The notes beneath the pieces were generated by a model. It was given only the letters and a program-made list of their open reading frames with translations, was not told the DNA's origin and searched no databases. From a plasmid: a stretch of 52,093 nt of DNA. Of the stretch, positions 27,208-36,555 are shown in pieces. The position numbers were made by a program, and so were the translations under genes. Positions within the stretch are counted from its first letter, which is position 1; each line of letters opens with the position of its first letter. Location of the stretch: sequence record NZ_CP094683.1; one strand, given 5' to 3'.

Positions 27208-28146
27208 ATGGTCAATTTGCCTATACGCAAGCTGCGCCGGGCGGCGCTGCGCGCGCTCTCCAGTCCGGCCTTTGATATCCGCAAAATGTATAAAGCCGTC
27301 CGCTCCGTGCAGACGGCGGCGGGAAGGCCGCCGCGCCTGTTTTACAAGCCGTGGGACCATACCGTGCGCGTGGACGGGCGGCGAGTGCCGGTGCGGCTGT
27401 TCGCGCCGAAAACAAACAGCCGCGATTCCATCCTGTTGTTTTTCCACGGCGGCGGATGGGTGACAGGTAACATCGACAGCTATGACCGCGTGTGCGCCAA
27501 TTTGTCGAATATCACAGGCCGCATGGTCGTATCGGTCGATTACCGGCTTGCGCCGGAGCATCGCTTCCCGGCTGCGCCTGAGGATTGCTACGCCGTGGCG
27601 CGCGATATTTTTACCGATCTCTCGCTGTTTATGATGACGCCGCGTCAAATTACTCTGATCGGCGACAGCGCCGGCGCGAACCTGGCGGCGGCTGTCTCGC
27701 TGATGGCGCGCGACCGGGGGGAATTTCTGCCGGAAAGCCAAATCCTGATCTATCCCGCGACAGCCGCGGACCACGGGCCAAATTCGCCCTTTCCTTCCGT
27801 ACATGAAAACGGCGAGGGCTATCTTTTAACCGCGAAGCATATTGAAGAATATATGTCGCTTTATATCTCCAGCGAACAGGACCGCTGTAATCCCTATTTC
27901 GCGCCGTTGGAGGCTTCCGATTTGTCGCGGCAGCCGCAGACGCTTATCCTGACGGCGCAGTACGACCCGCTGCGCGATGAAGGCGAAGCGTATGGCGAAC
28001 GCCTGAAGCTCGCGGGCAACCGCGTGGAGATGCACCGCATCCCGGACGCGCTGCACGGCTTTTTTTCGCGTTCGCCGCGCACTCAGGCAGCCAGGCAGGC
28101 ATATGGATATATCAACCGCTTTTTATGCGAGGTGACGCATACGTGA
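27208..28146 (+). CDS. Alpha/beta-hydrolase-fold esterase/lipase (HSL-like family).
   Basis: 'LLFFHGGGWVTGN' oxyanion motif, 'LIGDSAGANLA' nucleophile elbow, and a His near the C-terminus. The long N-terminal extension of ORF-track ORF 27079 is repeat-derived and is excluded. TTG 27217 is an alternative start. Confidence 0.8.
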   Translation: MVNLPIRKLRRAALRALSSPAFDIRKMYKAVRSVQTAAGRPPRLFYKPWDHTVRVDGRRVPVRLFAPKTNSRDSILLFFHGGGWVTGNIDSYDRVCANLSNITGRMVVSVDYRLAPEHRFPAAPEDCYAVARDIFTDLSLFMMTPRQITLIGDSAGANLAAAVSLMARDRGEFLPESQILIYPATAADHGPNSPFPSVHENGEGYLLTAKHIEEYMSLYISSEQDRCNPYFAPLEASDLSRQPQTLILTAQYDPLRDEGEAYGERLKLAGNRVEMHRIPDALHGFFSRSPRTQAARQAYGYINRFLCEVTHT

Positions 28147-29420
28147 AACGACAGAAAGCCGCGGCCTGGACCCGGCTTGACAACGCCGCCAAAATTTTTC
28201 CCTCCACCAGCAGCAAGGCCGACCCCAAGGTGTTCCGCTTTGCCTGCGAGCTGACGGAGGAGGTGGACCCGGATATCCTCCAGCAGGCGCTTGACACAGT
28301 GATTGAAGCCTTTCCGGTCTTTCGCAGTGTAATCCGGCGCGGCCTGTTTTGGTACTACTTTGAGACAAGCGCCCTGCGCCCCGTTGTCGCAGAGGAATCA
28401 CAGCCGCCCTGCCGGCCGCTTTATGACCCGGTAGTCAAAAGCTTATTGTTTTCCGTCACATATTACCGGCGGCGCATCAATCTTGAAATTTACCACGCTC
28501 TGACCGACGGGACCGGCGCGCTCCAGTTTTTGCGGGCGCTTGTGTGCCGCTACCTGATCCTGCGCCATCCCGAACAGTTCGGGGACAATCCGCCCGTGCT
28601 TGATTACGACGCGTCGCTGACCGAGCGCACGGACGACAGCTTTTACAAGCACTATAACCCCGATACAAAGCGGCGCGCCAATATCAAAAAAACGCCGGCA
28701 TGCCATTTAAAAGGGCCGCGCAATCCGGATTATTTTCTGCGCGTCATCGAGGGTGAAGCGCCCGTTGCCGCAGTCGCAGCCAAGGCGCGTATGTATGGCG
28801 CGAGCATCACGGCGTTTTTGACGGCTGTATTGATCTGCGCGTTTCATGAGGTCATTCCCGCGCGCCGGCAAAAGAAACCGGTCGCCGTTGCCATCCCGGT
28901 CAATCTGCGCAATTATTTTGAATCGGAATCCGCCCGCAATTTTTTTGGCGTGTTCACAGTCGGCTACACCTTTCACAAGCAAAGCGACCGGCTTGAGGAT
29001 GTAATTGCCTCCGTGGCCGCGTCGTTTAAACGCGAGCTGACCGCGGAAAACCTCAGCCGCCGGATGAACGCGCTGCTTGCGCTGGAACACAACCCGCTTG
29101 TGCGGATTTTGCCGCTGGCGCTCAAGGACCCGGTCCTGCGGCTGTCGGCGCTTGTTTCGGAGCGCGGAGAAACAACGTCGCTTTCCAACATTGGGCCGGT
29201 TACAATGCCGCCCGAGCTGACGCCGTTTATCTCCCGGTTTGACGCGTTTGTCGGCGCGGACCGGCTGCAAATGGTCATGTGCTCCTTTAACGGCAATCTT
29301 GTTATGAGCATTACGTCGCCGTTTTCCGGCGCCGATGTGCAAAAGGGTTTTTTCCGCACGCTGACGGAAATGGGCGTCCCGGTGACAATTGCGGCCAATA
29401 CGCTTGACGAGGAGGAATAA
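28125..29420 (+). CDS. Acyltransferase of the condensation / WS-DGAT-like superfamily (HxxxDG motif).
   Basis: 'EIYHALTDGTG' is the catalytic HxxxDG motif of the condensation-domain / wax-ester-synthase fold. GTG at 28143 (SD GAGGTG at 8 nt), overlapping the esterase stop, is a likely true start. Confidence 0.5.
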   Translation: MRGDAYVKRQKAAAWTRLDNAAKIFPSTSSKADPKVFRFACELTEEVDPDILQQALDTVIEAFPVFRSVIRRGLFWYYFETSALRPVVAEESQPPCRPLYDPVVKSLLFSVTYYRRRINLEIYHALTDGTGALQFLRALVCRYLILRHPEQFGDNPPVLDYDASLTERTDDSFYKHYNPDTKRRANIKKTPACHLKGPRNPDYFLRVIEGEAPVAAVAAKARMYGASITAFLTAVLICAFHEVIPARRQKKPVAVAIPVNLRNYFESESARNFFGVFTVGYTFHKQSDRLEDVIASVAASFKRELTAENLSRRMNALLALEHNPLVRILPLALKDPVLRLSALVSERGETTSLSNIGPVTMPPELTPFISRFDAFVGADRLQMVMCSFNGNLVMSITSPFSGADVQKGFFRTLTEMGVPVTIAANTLDEEE

Positions 29421-29423
29421 TCC

Positions 29424-30086
29424 GTGCAGTACTGCGAAAAATGTAAAGTCCATGTGCGCGGCCTGCACGCAAACTGCCCGCTTTGTCAGGGGCCTTTGAC
29501 AGGCGAGGGCGAAACGCCAAACAGCGTGTTCCCTGCCCACACATATCAGGCGCCGCGTTATCACCTGCTGATCCGTTCGATGATCTTTGCCTCCATTGCC
29601 GCGATCGTCGTCTGCGCCACGGTCAATATCCTGCTTGGCGGGCGGCGCTGGTGGCTGTTTATCGCGGCGGCAGTCGCCTGTATGTGGGTCTGCCTTTATA
29701 GCGTGATCCGCCGGCGCAACAATATTCCAAAAAATATTATCTGGCTTGTATTCTGGCTGTCACTCATTGCCGTACTGTGGGATTTGTTCACCGGGCGGCG
29801 CGGCTGGTCCATCGATTATGTCATCCCTGCAATCTGCGTGCTGGCCATGATCGCAATGGCCGCCATTGCGATTGTTCTGCGTCTGCGCATTGAAGAATAT
29901 ATGATCTATGTATTGCTCGACGGCCTGTTCGGCATCGTTCCGCTGTTGTTTTTAACGCTTGGATGGGTGCGCGTATCGTTCCCTTCCATTCTGTGCGTCG
30001 CGGCAAGCATCCTGTCCCTTGCCGCTCTGCTTTCCTTCCAGGGCGAAACGCTGCTGTCCGAGCTGCGCCGCCGCCTGCATCTCTAA
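29424..30086 (+). CDS. Membrane protein with an N-terminal zinc ribbon plus ~5 TM helices.
   Basis: 'CEKCKVHVRGLHANCPLCQG' followed by hydrophobic helices. GTG start 3 nt after the preceding stop, with SD GAGGAGGA. Confidence 0.5.
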   Translation: MQYCEKCKVHVRGLHANCPLCQGPLTGEGETPNSVFPAHTYQAPRYHLLIRSMIFASIAAIVVCATVNILLGGRRWWLFIAAAVACMWVCLYSVIRRRNNIPKNIIWLVFWLSLIAVLWDLFTGRRGWSIDYVIPAICVLAMIAMAAIAIVLRLRIEEYMIYVLLDGLFGIVPLLFLTLGWVRVSFPSILCVAASILSLAALLSFQGETLLSELRRRLHL

Positions 30087-30108
30087 GAACCTGCAAGGAT
30101 CGATCAAT

Positions 30109-31008
30109 ATGAAAAAGCTTCTTTTCGCAATCAATCCGCACGCCGGCAAAGGCGAAATCAAAACAAAGGCGCTTGAAGTCATCGACCTGTTTGTGCATGA
30201 CGGTTATGAAGTAACCGTGCATACAACGCAGCGCCGCCGTGAAATCACCCACCTGCTGGCCGGCCGCGCCGCATTGTATGACCTGATCGTCTGCTGCGGC
30301 GGCGACGGCACGCTCAATGAAACCATCGACGGCCTGATGCGCTGCGCGCAGCGTCCGCCGCTTGGCTATATCCCGGCGGGAACCGTTAACGATTTCGCTT
30401 CAAGCCTTGGGATCTCAAAAAATATTTTACAGGCGGCGCATACCATTTTGCAGGGCGTGCCCTTTGCCTGTGACATCGGCTCGTTCGACGCGCGGTATTT
30501 TTCCTATATTGCTGCGTTCGGCGCGTTTACCGATGTGGCGTATCAGACGCCGCAGCAATCAAAAAATATGCTCGGCCGCGCGGCGTATTTTCTCGAAGGG
30601 ATCCGCCGCCTGCCCTCAATCCATCCTTACCATATGAAACTGACGCACGACAGCGGCGAAATCGAAGGCGATTTTTTGTTTGGGATGGTATCAAACGCGC
30701 TTTCTGTTGGCGGTTTCAAGCTGCGTTCCCCGGAAATCCGCATGAACGACGGCCTGTTGGAGCTGCTGCTTGTACGCGATCCGAAAAACGCCGCTGAAGC
30801 GACCGCCATCATTGGGGCGGTGCTGGGGCGTGATTTCAGCTCGCCCTATATCACAACGCTGCGCACAAAGCAATTGTCCATTTCGGCCGCCGAGGCGGTC
30901 CCCTGGACGCTCGACGGGGAATTTGGCGGTAAAGTTGAAACCGTTCAAATTGAAAATCATCACGCTGCGATCACTGTCCTGACAAACCCATCGCCGCCCG
31001 CGCCGTAA
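30109..31008 (+). CDS. Diacylglycerol-kinase-family lipid kinase (YegS/DagK/BmrU type).
   Basis: 'AINPHAGKG...', 'VCCGGDGTLNE', 'IPAGTVNDFA' motifs. ORF-track ORF trimmed to MKKLLF at 30109 (SD AAGGA). Confidence 0.85.
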   Translation: MKKLLFAINPHAGKGEIKTKALEVIDLFVHDGYEVTVHTTQRRREITHLLAGRAALYDLIVCCGGDGTLNETIDGLMRCAQRPPLGYIPAGTVNDFASSLGISKNILQAAHTILQGVPFACDIGSFDARYFSYIAAFGAFTDVAYQTPQQSKNMLGRAAYFLEGIRRLPSIHPYHMKLTHDSGEIEGDFLFGMVSNALSVGGFKLRSPEIRMNDGLLELLLVRDPKNAAEATAIIGAVLGRDFSSPYITTLRTKQLSISAAEAVPWTLDGEFGGKVETVQIENHHAAITVLTNPSPPAP

Positions 31009-31018
31009 CCAATAGACA

Positions 31019-31066
31019 AAAGCCGCCCCTTTCACCGGAATATTCCGGTGAAAGGGGCGGCTTTTT
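31019..31066 (+). terminator. Strong intrinsic terminator: 19-bp stem aagccgcccctttcaccgg / ccggtgaaaggggcggctt, then TTTTTT.
   Basis: Perfect hairpin plus a T6 run immediately after the lipid-kinase stop. Confidence 0.8.
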
Positions 31067-31180
31067 TCCGTCTCCCGGACGGCTGTCAAAGTCTGGCGCG
31101 CGCAAAGACGGCAGGCAAGAGCTAAGACCCCCTGTATTCACAGCCGAAGGATGCAGGGCAGGCGGCTGTGAATACAGATT

Positions 31181-32020
31181 CTAAGGCAGGCTGTTGCCCT
31201 GAAGCACAAGCGCGCGCAGCAGCGCCATGCATTCGCGCACCCAATATGACGGCAGCAGGCCCCACGGCGTTGTAGATGAAACAGCGGCGCACGGCTTTAA
31301 CCCGGCGGCCTGCGCATAGATCGCGCCGCGAAGCTGGTGAAAGCCATCTGTCACAATCAAAAGCTGGCGCGGCAGGTCCTCGTGTGTGATCAGTTCACCG
31401 GCAAAGCGCAGGTTTTCGAGCGTATTGCGCGACTGATCTTCCATATAGATCTGGTCAGCCGGCAAACCGCGCGCAATCAGATAATCGCGCATGGCAACCG
31501 CTTCGCTGATCGTTTCCCCTCTGTCGACGCCGCCTGTCACAACAACGGGCGTGTCAGAATGAGCCGCCAGATACGTATATGCCGCATCGAGACGCAGGCG
31601 CAGTATCTGCGACGGCTTGCCATTGACACTCTGACTGCCGAGCACAACAACTGTGTACGATTCGCCGGCACGCGGCGGCATAAACCAGGCGTAACGAATC
31701 ATCAGCACGGACAGAACAGCGCCGGTAAGCACAGCGGCCGCAAGAACGAAAGACACGGCCAGACGCAGCCAGCGCCACCAACGGGCCGCGCGTACCGGCG
31801 CCGGGCGCGCCGCGCCAAATGATAGGCTGCGGTGAATCCGCGGCGCGCTTTCCACAGCGGGAAATGCATCCCACAGGACCGCCAGCGCGCACAGCGCCAG
31901 CCCAAATAATATAAGCGTCAAAACGCCGGTGTTAAACACCCCAAAGGGCATCGGCAAAATGCCGCAAATCATTGCAAATATCCCAATAAGAACCGCGATT
32001 CTTTTAAATGCTGATTTCAT
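31181..32020 (-). CDS. DUF218 (YdcF/SanA/ElyC-like) membrane-anchored protein.
   Basis: N-terminal TM helices followed by a DUF218-like 'VVVLGSQ...GKPSQIL..R.D.A...L.....PVVVTGGVDRGETISEAVAMRDYL' core. ORF-track ORF trimmed at MKSAF (32020) to exclude the repeat-encoded N-terminus. Confidence 0.7.
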   Translation of the reverse strand: MKSAFKRIAVLIGIFAMICGILPMPFGVFNTGVLTLILFGLALCALAVLWDAFPAVESAPRIHRSLSFGAARPAPVRAARWWRWLRLAVSFVLAAAVLTGAVLSVLMIRYAWFMPPRAGESYTVVVLGSQSVNGKPSQILRLRLDAAYTYLAAHSDTPVVVTGGVDRGETISEAVAMRDYLIARGLPADQIYMEDQSRNTLENLRFAGELITHEDLPRQLLIVTDGFHQLRGAIYAQAAGLKPCAAVSSTTPWGLLPSYWVRECMALLRALVLQGNSLP

Positions 32021-32039
32021 AATAGGCCTCTGATGAAAA

Positions 32040-32460
32040 AATTTCAACATGACAGCCGGGCGCGCGTGACCCGTGCGCGGGTCACTCACCGCCGGACGCT
32101 GCGCTTGCCCGGCCGGCTATTCGGGGCTTTCCGGCGGCTATAGCCGCCGGGCGCGGACAAGCCGCGGCTGCGCCCCTCAGCGCGCCTCATGGGACAGGGG
32201 CGGGCCGCCCCTATCCCATGGACCCAACCCTGGGGCAGGCGCAGCCTGCATAAACGCCGGAGGCCGCCCCGCTGTTTGCGGCGCAGCCTGTATAAACGCA
32301 GCACCCGCCCTACTGTTCACGGCGCAGCCTGTATAAACGCAGCACCCGCCCCACTGTTTGCGGCGCAGCCGACTAAAGTTTTTTGCCGAGGCTTTTTTTC
32401 AAAAAAGCCGGAAAGTTTTTTGCCGAGGCTTTTTTTTCAAAAAAGCGGGGACTGAAAACG
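32040..32460. repeat. BIME/REP-like mosaic element with three tandem 41-bp units and a duplicated terminal hairpin.
   Basis: Modules as in copy 1. The 'cagcctgtataaacgcagcacccgcccNactgttNNcggcg' unit occurs three times. 'gccgaggc-T7/8-C-A6-gc' occurs twice. Confidence 0.8.
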
Positions 32461-33408
32461 CAGCGCGGCAATCTGTTCGTTTGTGGGGATAGACGGGATG
32501 GCGCCGCGCCCGGCGGCGCAAAGCGAGCCGGCCGCATTTGCGAAATCGAGCGCGTCGGCAAGGGCCTGGCTGTCCCCTTCCAGGCAGGACGGCTGATCAA
32601 GAAGGCGGCAGAGCAGCGCCCCCCAGAAGGTGTCGCCTGCTCCGGTTGTGTCGATAACCGTTGTCTGATAGGTCGGATATGCGCCCGTTTGGCCGCCGCA
32701 GCGGTAAAAACAGTCACGCGGCCCGAGCGTTACAACAATCAGCTTCATTGCGCCGCAAAAGAGCTTTTTGGTCCCCTCCTCCGGATCCGCGGTTCCGGAG
32801 AGCAGTTCCAGCTCCTCCTCCGACAGCTTGAGGATATTTGTATAGGGCAAGCCAAGTTTCATGCCGGCAATTCCCTGTTCTGTGCTGTTCCAAAGCGTAG
32901 GGCGCCAATTCGGATCATAGGAAACAAGCTTGCCGTGTTCAAATGCATACCGTGCTGCGTCAAGCGTGGTGGAACACGCCGGTTCAGCGGACAGGGATAC
33001 CGACCCAAAATGAAAAATCCGGCATCTGTCAATCAAAGCATGGTCAATTGCGTCTGTTTCTATGCACTGATCCGCGCCGGGCTTGCGCGCGAAGCTGAAG
33101 GAACGGTCCCCCGCCGCATTGAGATGGACAAAGGCCAGCGTTGTAAACGCATCCTCTTTCACCTGGATTCCAGATGGGTCGATCCCCAATCCTTCGATGA
33201 CCTCTGTCAGCGCTCGGCCAAACTGATCGCTGCCAACGGCGCTGATCAGCGCCGCCTTTTTCCCAAGCCGTGTGACAGCCGCCAATACATTGGCGGGCGC
33301 GCCGCCAGGATTCTGTTCAAATAAAGGGTTGCCCTGCTGTGACCGGCCGGCCGGTGTAAAATCGATTAAAAGCTCTCCAAGCGCCGTGACGTCGATCATT
33401 ATATTCAC
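32437..33408 (-). CDS. PfkB-family carbohydrate kinase (fructokinase-like).
   Basis: 'GELLIDF', 'GGAPANV', and the C-terminal 'DTTGAGDTFWGALL' motif. The last four codons plus the stop (..SPLF-stop) lie inside the repeat. Confidence 0.8.
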   Translation of the reverse strand: MNIMIDVTALGELLIDFTPAGRSQQGNPLFEQNPGGAPANVLAAVTRLGKKAALISAVGSDQFGRALTEVIEGLGIDPSGIQVKEDAFTTLAFVHLNAAGDRSFSFARKPGADQCIETDAIDHALIDRCRIFHFGSVSLSAEPACSTTLDAARYAFEHGKLVSYDPNWRPTLWNSTEQGIAGMKLGLPYTNILKLSEEELELLSGTADPEEGTKKLFCGAMKLIVVTLGPRDCFYRCGGQTGAYPTYQTTVIDTTGAGDTFWGALLCRLLDQPSCLEGDSQALADALDFANAAGSLCAAGRGAIPSIPTNEQIAALRFQSPLF

Positions 33409-33581
33409 CTCGTCCTTTTATTTTTTCCAGTTTACCATAGTCTTTTCAGGAAAGCAAACATGGCGCGAGCAATCCGTGCGTCACGCGCGCCAAGAGACCT
33501 TTTTTCAAAAAAAGCGGGAAAATTGCGTTTTTACGCAAATTTGGGGCTGTGCGGCGGTATGGGTAAAGGGGTGTTTGACAG

Positions 33582-34952
33582 ATGACAAAACAGATGACAA
33601 ACCGGCTGAAATTTGATATGATAAAGGTATTACAAAATGGCCGGCATGGCGCTTTGCTCCTGCTGCCCACGCAAGAGGTGATTTATATGGCGAATGCGGG
33701 TATGAAACCGGCCGCGCCCGCTGATTACACAAGCGCGCTTTCAGAGCTGCTGCCGCAACTGATTGAAAAGTATTCGCGTGAGGCTGTCGGGGATTATATG
33801 AATGAATGCAGCGCCAAGCTTGCGCGCGTTCAGGAAAGCAACGCAAGCCTGCTTGACGTTGGTTCAGATGAAGCCGCGCAGTCAGACGCGGTTAAACGCG
33901 TCGTTGAAGCGACGGGCGATTATTATGCGTTTTTGGCAAAGCTCCCCGAGGATATGCGCCGCTTTTTAATTTTGATGGGCGGCGTTACAGCCGACGAAAT
34001 CGACGGCTTGCTTGAAATTGAACCGGATGTACGTGAAGAAATCAGTCTGCTGGCTTCCGTCGCGCCTGCAATTCAAGCGATCCGGCCCAAAAATTACATT
34101 ATGCCGATCGACCCGATCACAAACAAATTGGCGCAGCTCAAGGAATTTAATGAGATTACAGTCGCGCGCCGGAAAAATCTGACGATTCAGACGGCCGTCA
34201 CCATCGACAGCCCGGAACATATGCGTATCGATGGCAATTTTCAGCTTACCAACTACGATAAAAGCATTATCAACGGCATCGTATCCATTTTGGAAAGTGG
34301 CAACTCCAGCTTTACGGTTCCGATGCTTTACCATGCGATGACTGGAAAGGAAAACCCAACCGTTGACGACGGACTTGTCGAGGAGATCAAGGCAAAGCTT
34401 GACGCGATGCGCCGCCTTTCGATCAATATCGATCTGACAGAGGAGATCAAAGCGCATATGATCCGCCGCAATATTGACGGCGTTGACGGCGTCGATTCCT
34501 TTACAATCGACGGCTATCTTTTGCCGCTCAATAAATATACAGGCGTGGTCAACGGGAAGCGCAGCGAAATGTATCAGATTATCGACACGCCGCCGCTTTA
34601 CAGCTATGCCAAGCTGAAAAATCAGATTACAACCCTGCCGATTGATCTGCTTAAAGCGCCGCTGAACAACAATGCGACGACCATTCCCTTAAAAACATAC
34701 CTTCTCAGCCGTATTGAAGGCATGAAAAACCAAAACAACCGTCTGACACGCGACAAGATTTTATTTGAATCGATCTATCGGGAGCTTGGGGACCTTGAAT
34801 CGGACAAGAAGCGCAAAAAACGTATCCGTGATTATACAGAGATCATTTTGACGCATTTTATCAGCATGGGCTATATCACGCGGTATGAGATCATCAAAGA
34901 GGGCCGCACCATCACAGGGGTACGCATCCACTGGAAAGATAAGGAACAATAA
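33582..34952 (+). CDS. Hypothetical protein, ~456 aa. The C-terminus is predicted basic and winged-helix-like (possible DNA-binding / replication-associated).
   Basis: Long ORF in an AT-richer region. C-terminal 'KKRKKRIRDYTEIILTHFISMGYITRYEIIKEGRTITGVRIHW' resembles a wHTH. No family recognised. Confidence 0.55.
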   Translation: MTKQMTNRLKFDMIKVLQNGRHGALLLLPTQEVIYMANAGMKPAAPADYTSALSELLPQLIEKYSREAVGDYMNECSAKLARVQESNASLLDVGSDEAAQSDAVKRVVEATGDYYAFLAKLPEDMRRFLILMGGVTADEIDGLLEIEPDVREEISLLASVAPAIQAIRPKNYIMPIDPITNKLAQLKEFNEITVARRKNLTIQTAVTIDSPEHMRIDGNFQLTNYDKSIINGIVSILESGNSSFTVPMLYHAMTGKENPTVDDGLVEEIKAKLDAMRRLSINIDLTEEIKAHMIRRNIDGVDGVDSFTIDGYLLPLNKYTGVVNGKRSEMYQIIDTPPLYSYAKLKNQITTLPIDLLKAPLNNNATTIPLKTYLLSRIEGMKNQNNRLTRDKILFESIYRELGDLESDKKRKKRIRDYTEIILTHFISMGYITRYEIIKEGRTITGVRIHWKDKEQ

Positions 34953-34954
34953 AA

Positions 34955-35008
34955 AGCGCAGACAGAGGGGGCGGCGAATTTTCGCCGCCCCCTCTGTCTG
35001 CGCTTTAT
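34955..35008. terminator. Bidirectional intrinsic terminator between convergent genes: 21-bp stem gcgcagacagagggggcggcg / cgccgccccctctgtctgcgc.
   Basis: Perfect hairpin, TTT on the plus side and an A-run on the 5' side. Confidence 0.75.
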
Positions 35009-35019
35009 TCGGTTTAAGA

Positions 35020-36264
35020 TCACGACCGCACAAGCATCTGACGCACAGAACCATTTAATATCGTCGTATACGGCACGAGCAGCAAGCGGTTGGACGAAAG
35101 CAGAAACATATAATAGTAAAAACAGCCGGCCATAAAAAGCCCCATCGCTGTATAATAAACCGCACGTTCTCCGCGTAGCTGTGCACGCAGCCTCCCAAGC
35201 CTGGAAAGCTGTTGTTTTTTTTGCTGCTTGTCAAGCGTTTGCAGCTCTGCATAATTGCTTTCATCGGGCTTGATGCTGTAAAGCATTTCCGGAAGCAGAA
35301 ACGTTGCCACGGGCAAAAATACCAGCCCTACACGCTGGAAAATAAAATGTTTGAGCGTCAGGATAAACAGGATGGATGCATAGACATAAAGATTTAAAAG
35401 CACGATGTTTTGGGGGTCTCGCGCCAATACACGCTTTTTCATCAACAGTGCAACGACCAGAAATACCAGGATCATTAACGCGGTGTCAAAGCTGCGCCCC
35501 CATGTGTAATAAGAACCGGGCGTATATGCTTTAAAGACATACTGCGTAACAAATCCCAAAATGGGTACAGAAAAGATCAGTACAAAAAGTGTTCCTGCGG
35601 CATAGAACGATATACTTTTCCAGTTCAGCGGGATCACCGCAAGGAAATATACAGGAACCATCAGCCAAAGGCTTTTATGAAAAGACGCCGCAATCACAAT
35701 AATAACCATATAAGGAAGGATTTTTCGATCCTTCAGATATGGCAATGCAAACAGCATAATGGAAATCGCAAGCTCCTGACGCAGCGTACACATCGAATAA
35801 CCAAAGAAACCAAAGCTGATGTAAACAAAAACGCTGAACCAGACAGAGCACGACTGTTTATAAATGGTGATGGCGCGCGGGATAATAATTAATACGGGAA
35901 TCAATCCCATATAGATGGCCGCGTCCTTTGTAACAAGAGAAAAAAGATATGTCAAAAGGCTGAAACCCGGTTCAAACCGGTAAACATTACTGGGGGAAAA
36001 CAGGAACGAAAAAGGGTTTTGGCTGACCGTCTCAAAATAAGCCTGATAGGTTGGATAATCGACGCCGACCGTTGAGGAACGCAGCAGCACCATCATACAC
36101 ATAACAGCGGTCATCGCATATAAATACCAAAGATCTGCGGTGCGCGACGGTTTCCATTCACAAAGCAGCAATCCGCCGGCGCCGGCAGCCGCCAACAAAA
36201 CAATATATGGTAACAATCCGCATCCTCCATTCATTGAATCATCCATTTCCGGACATGCTTTCAA
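35020..36264 (-). CDS. EpsG-family polytopic membrane protein (putative polysaccharide polymerase).
   Basis: ~400 aa with >10 TM helices, Tyr/Phe-rich. The architecture resembles EpsG/Wzy-like polymerases. The family call is by recognition only. Confidence 0.5.
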   Translation of the reverse strand: MKACPEMDDSMNGGCGLLPYIVLLAAAGAGGLLLCEWKPSRTADLWYLYAMTAVMCMMVLLRSSTVGVDYPTYQAYFETVSQNPFSFLFSPSNVYRFEPGFSLLTYLFSLVTKDAAIYMGLIPVLIIIPRAITIYKQSCSVWFSVFVYISFGFFGYSMCTLRQELAISIMLFALPYLKDRKILPYMVIIVIAASFHKSLWLMVPVYFLAVIPLNWKSISFYAAGTLFVLIFSVPILGFVTQYVFKAYTPGSYYTWGRSFDTALMILVFLVVALLMKKRVLARDPQNIVLLNLYVYASILFILTLKHFIFQRVGLVFLPVATFLLPEMLYSIKPDESNYAELQTLDKQQKKQQLSRLGRLRAQLRGERAVYYTAMGLFMAGCFYYYMFLLSSNRLLLVPYTTILNGSVRQMLVRS

Positions 36265-36555
36265 GATTTGTAAAAACCTGATCCTGGCCCCTGTTTACGG
36301 GATTTCTCCGGCAAATGACCGGGCAAAACCAAAAACCTGTATAAAGCCCTCATGTATACGGCCTGAAAATGAAATCGCCACAGCTATTTTTTCCTGATTG
36401 TGATGAAAAAATCACAAACCTTGAAACCATGCCCGCAAGAAAAATGTTCGCTCCCTCTCTACACGCGGGGCGCGCAGAGAGGGAGCGAACCCAATCGTCA
36501 CATGCGCAAGCGGAATTTCCGCTTGCATATGTGCATTATTCGCCGAGACAGCTTC

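Noticed and set aside
26740-27804. 354-aa minus-strand ORF spanning the repeat and antisense to the esterase gene. Also 16325..16915 (-), 17072..17728 (+), 9630..10448 (-), 19807..20391 (-) and 19704..20261 (+).
   Set aside because: Antisense or alternate-frame low-complexity ORFs overlapping well-supported genes.
28125-28142. ATG 28125 versus GTG 28143 as the start of the acyltransferase.
   Set aside because: Not resolved. ATG 28125 lacks an SD. GTG 28143 has GAGGTG at 8 nt and overlaps the esterase stop, as expected for translational coupling. The feature is reported with the longer coordinates.
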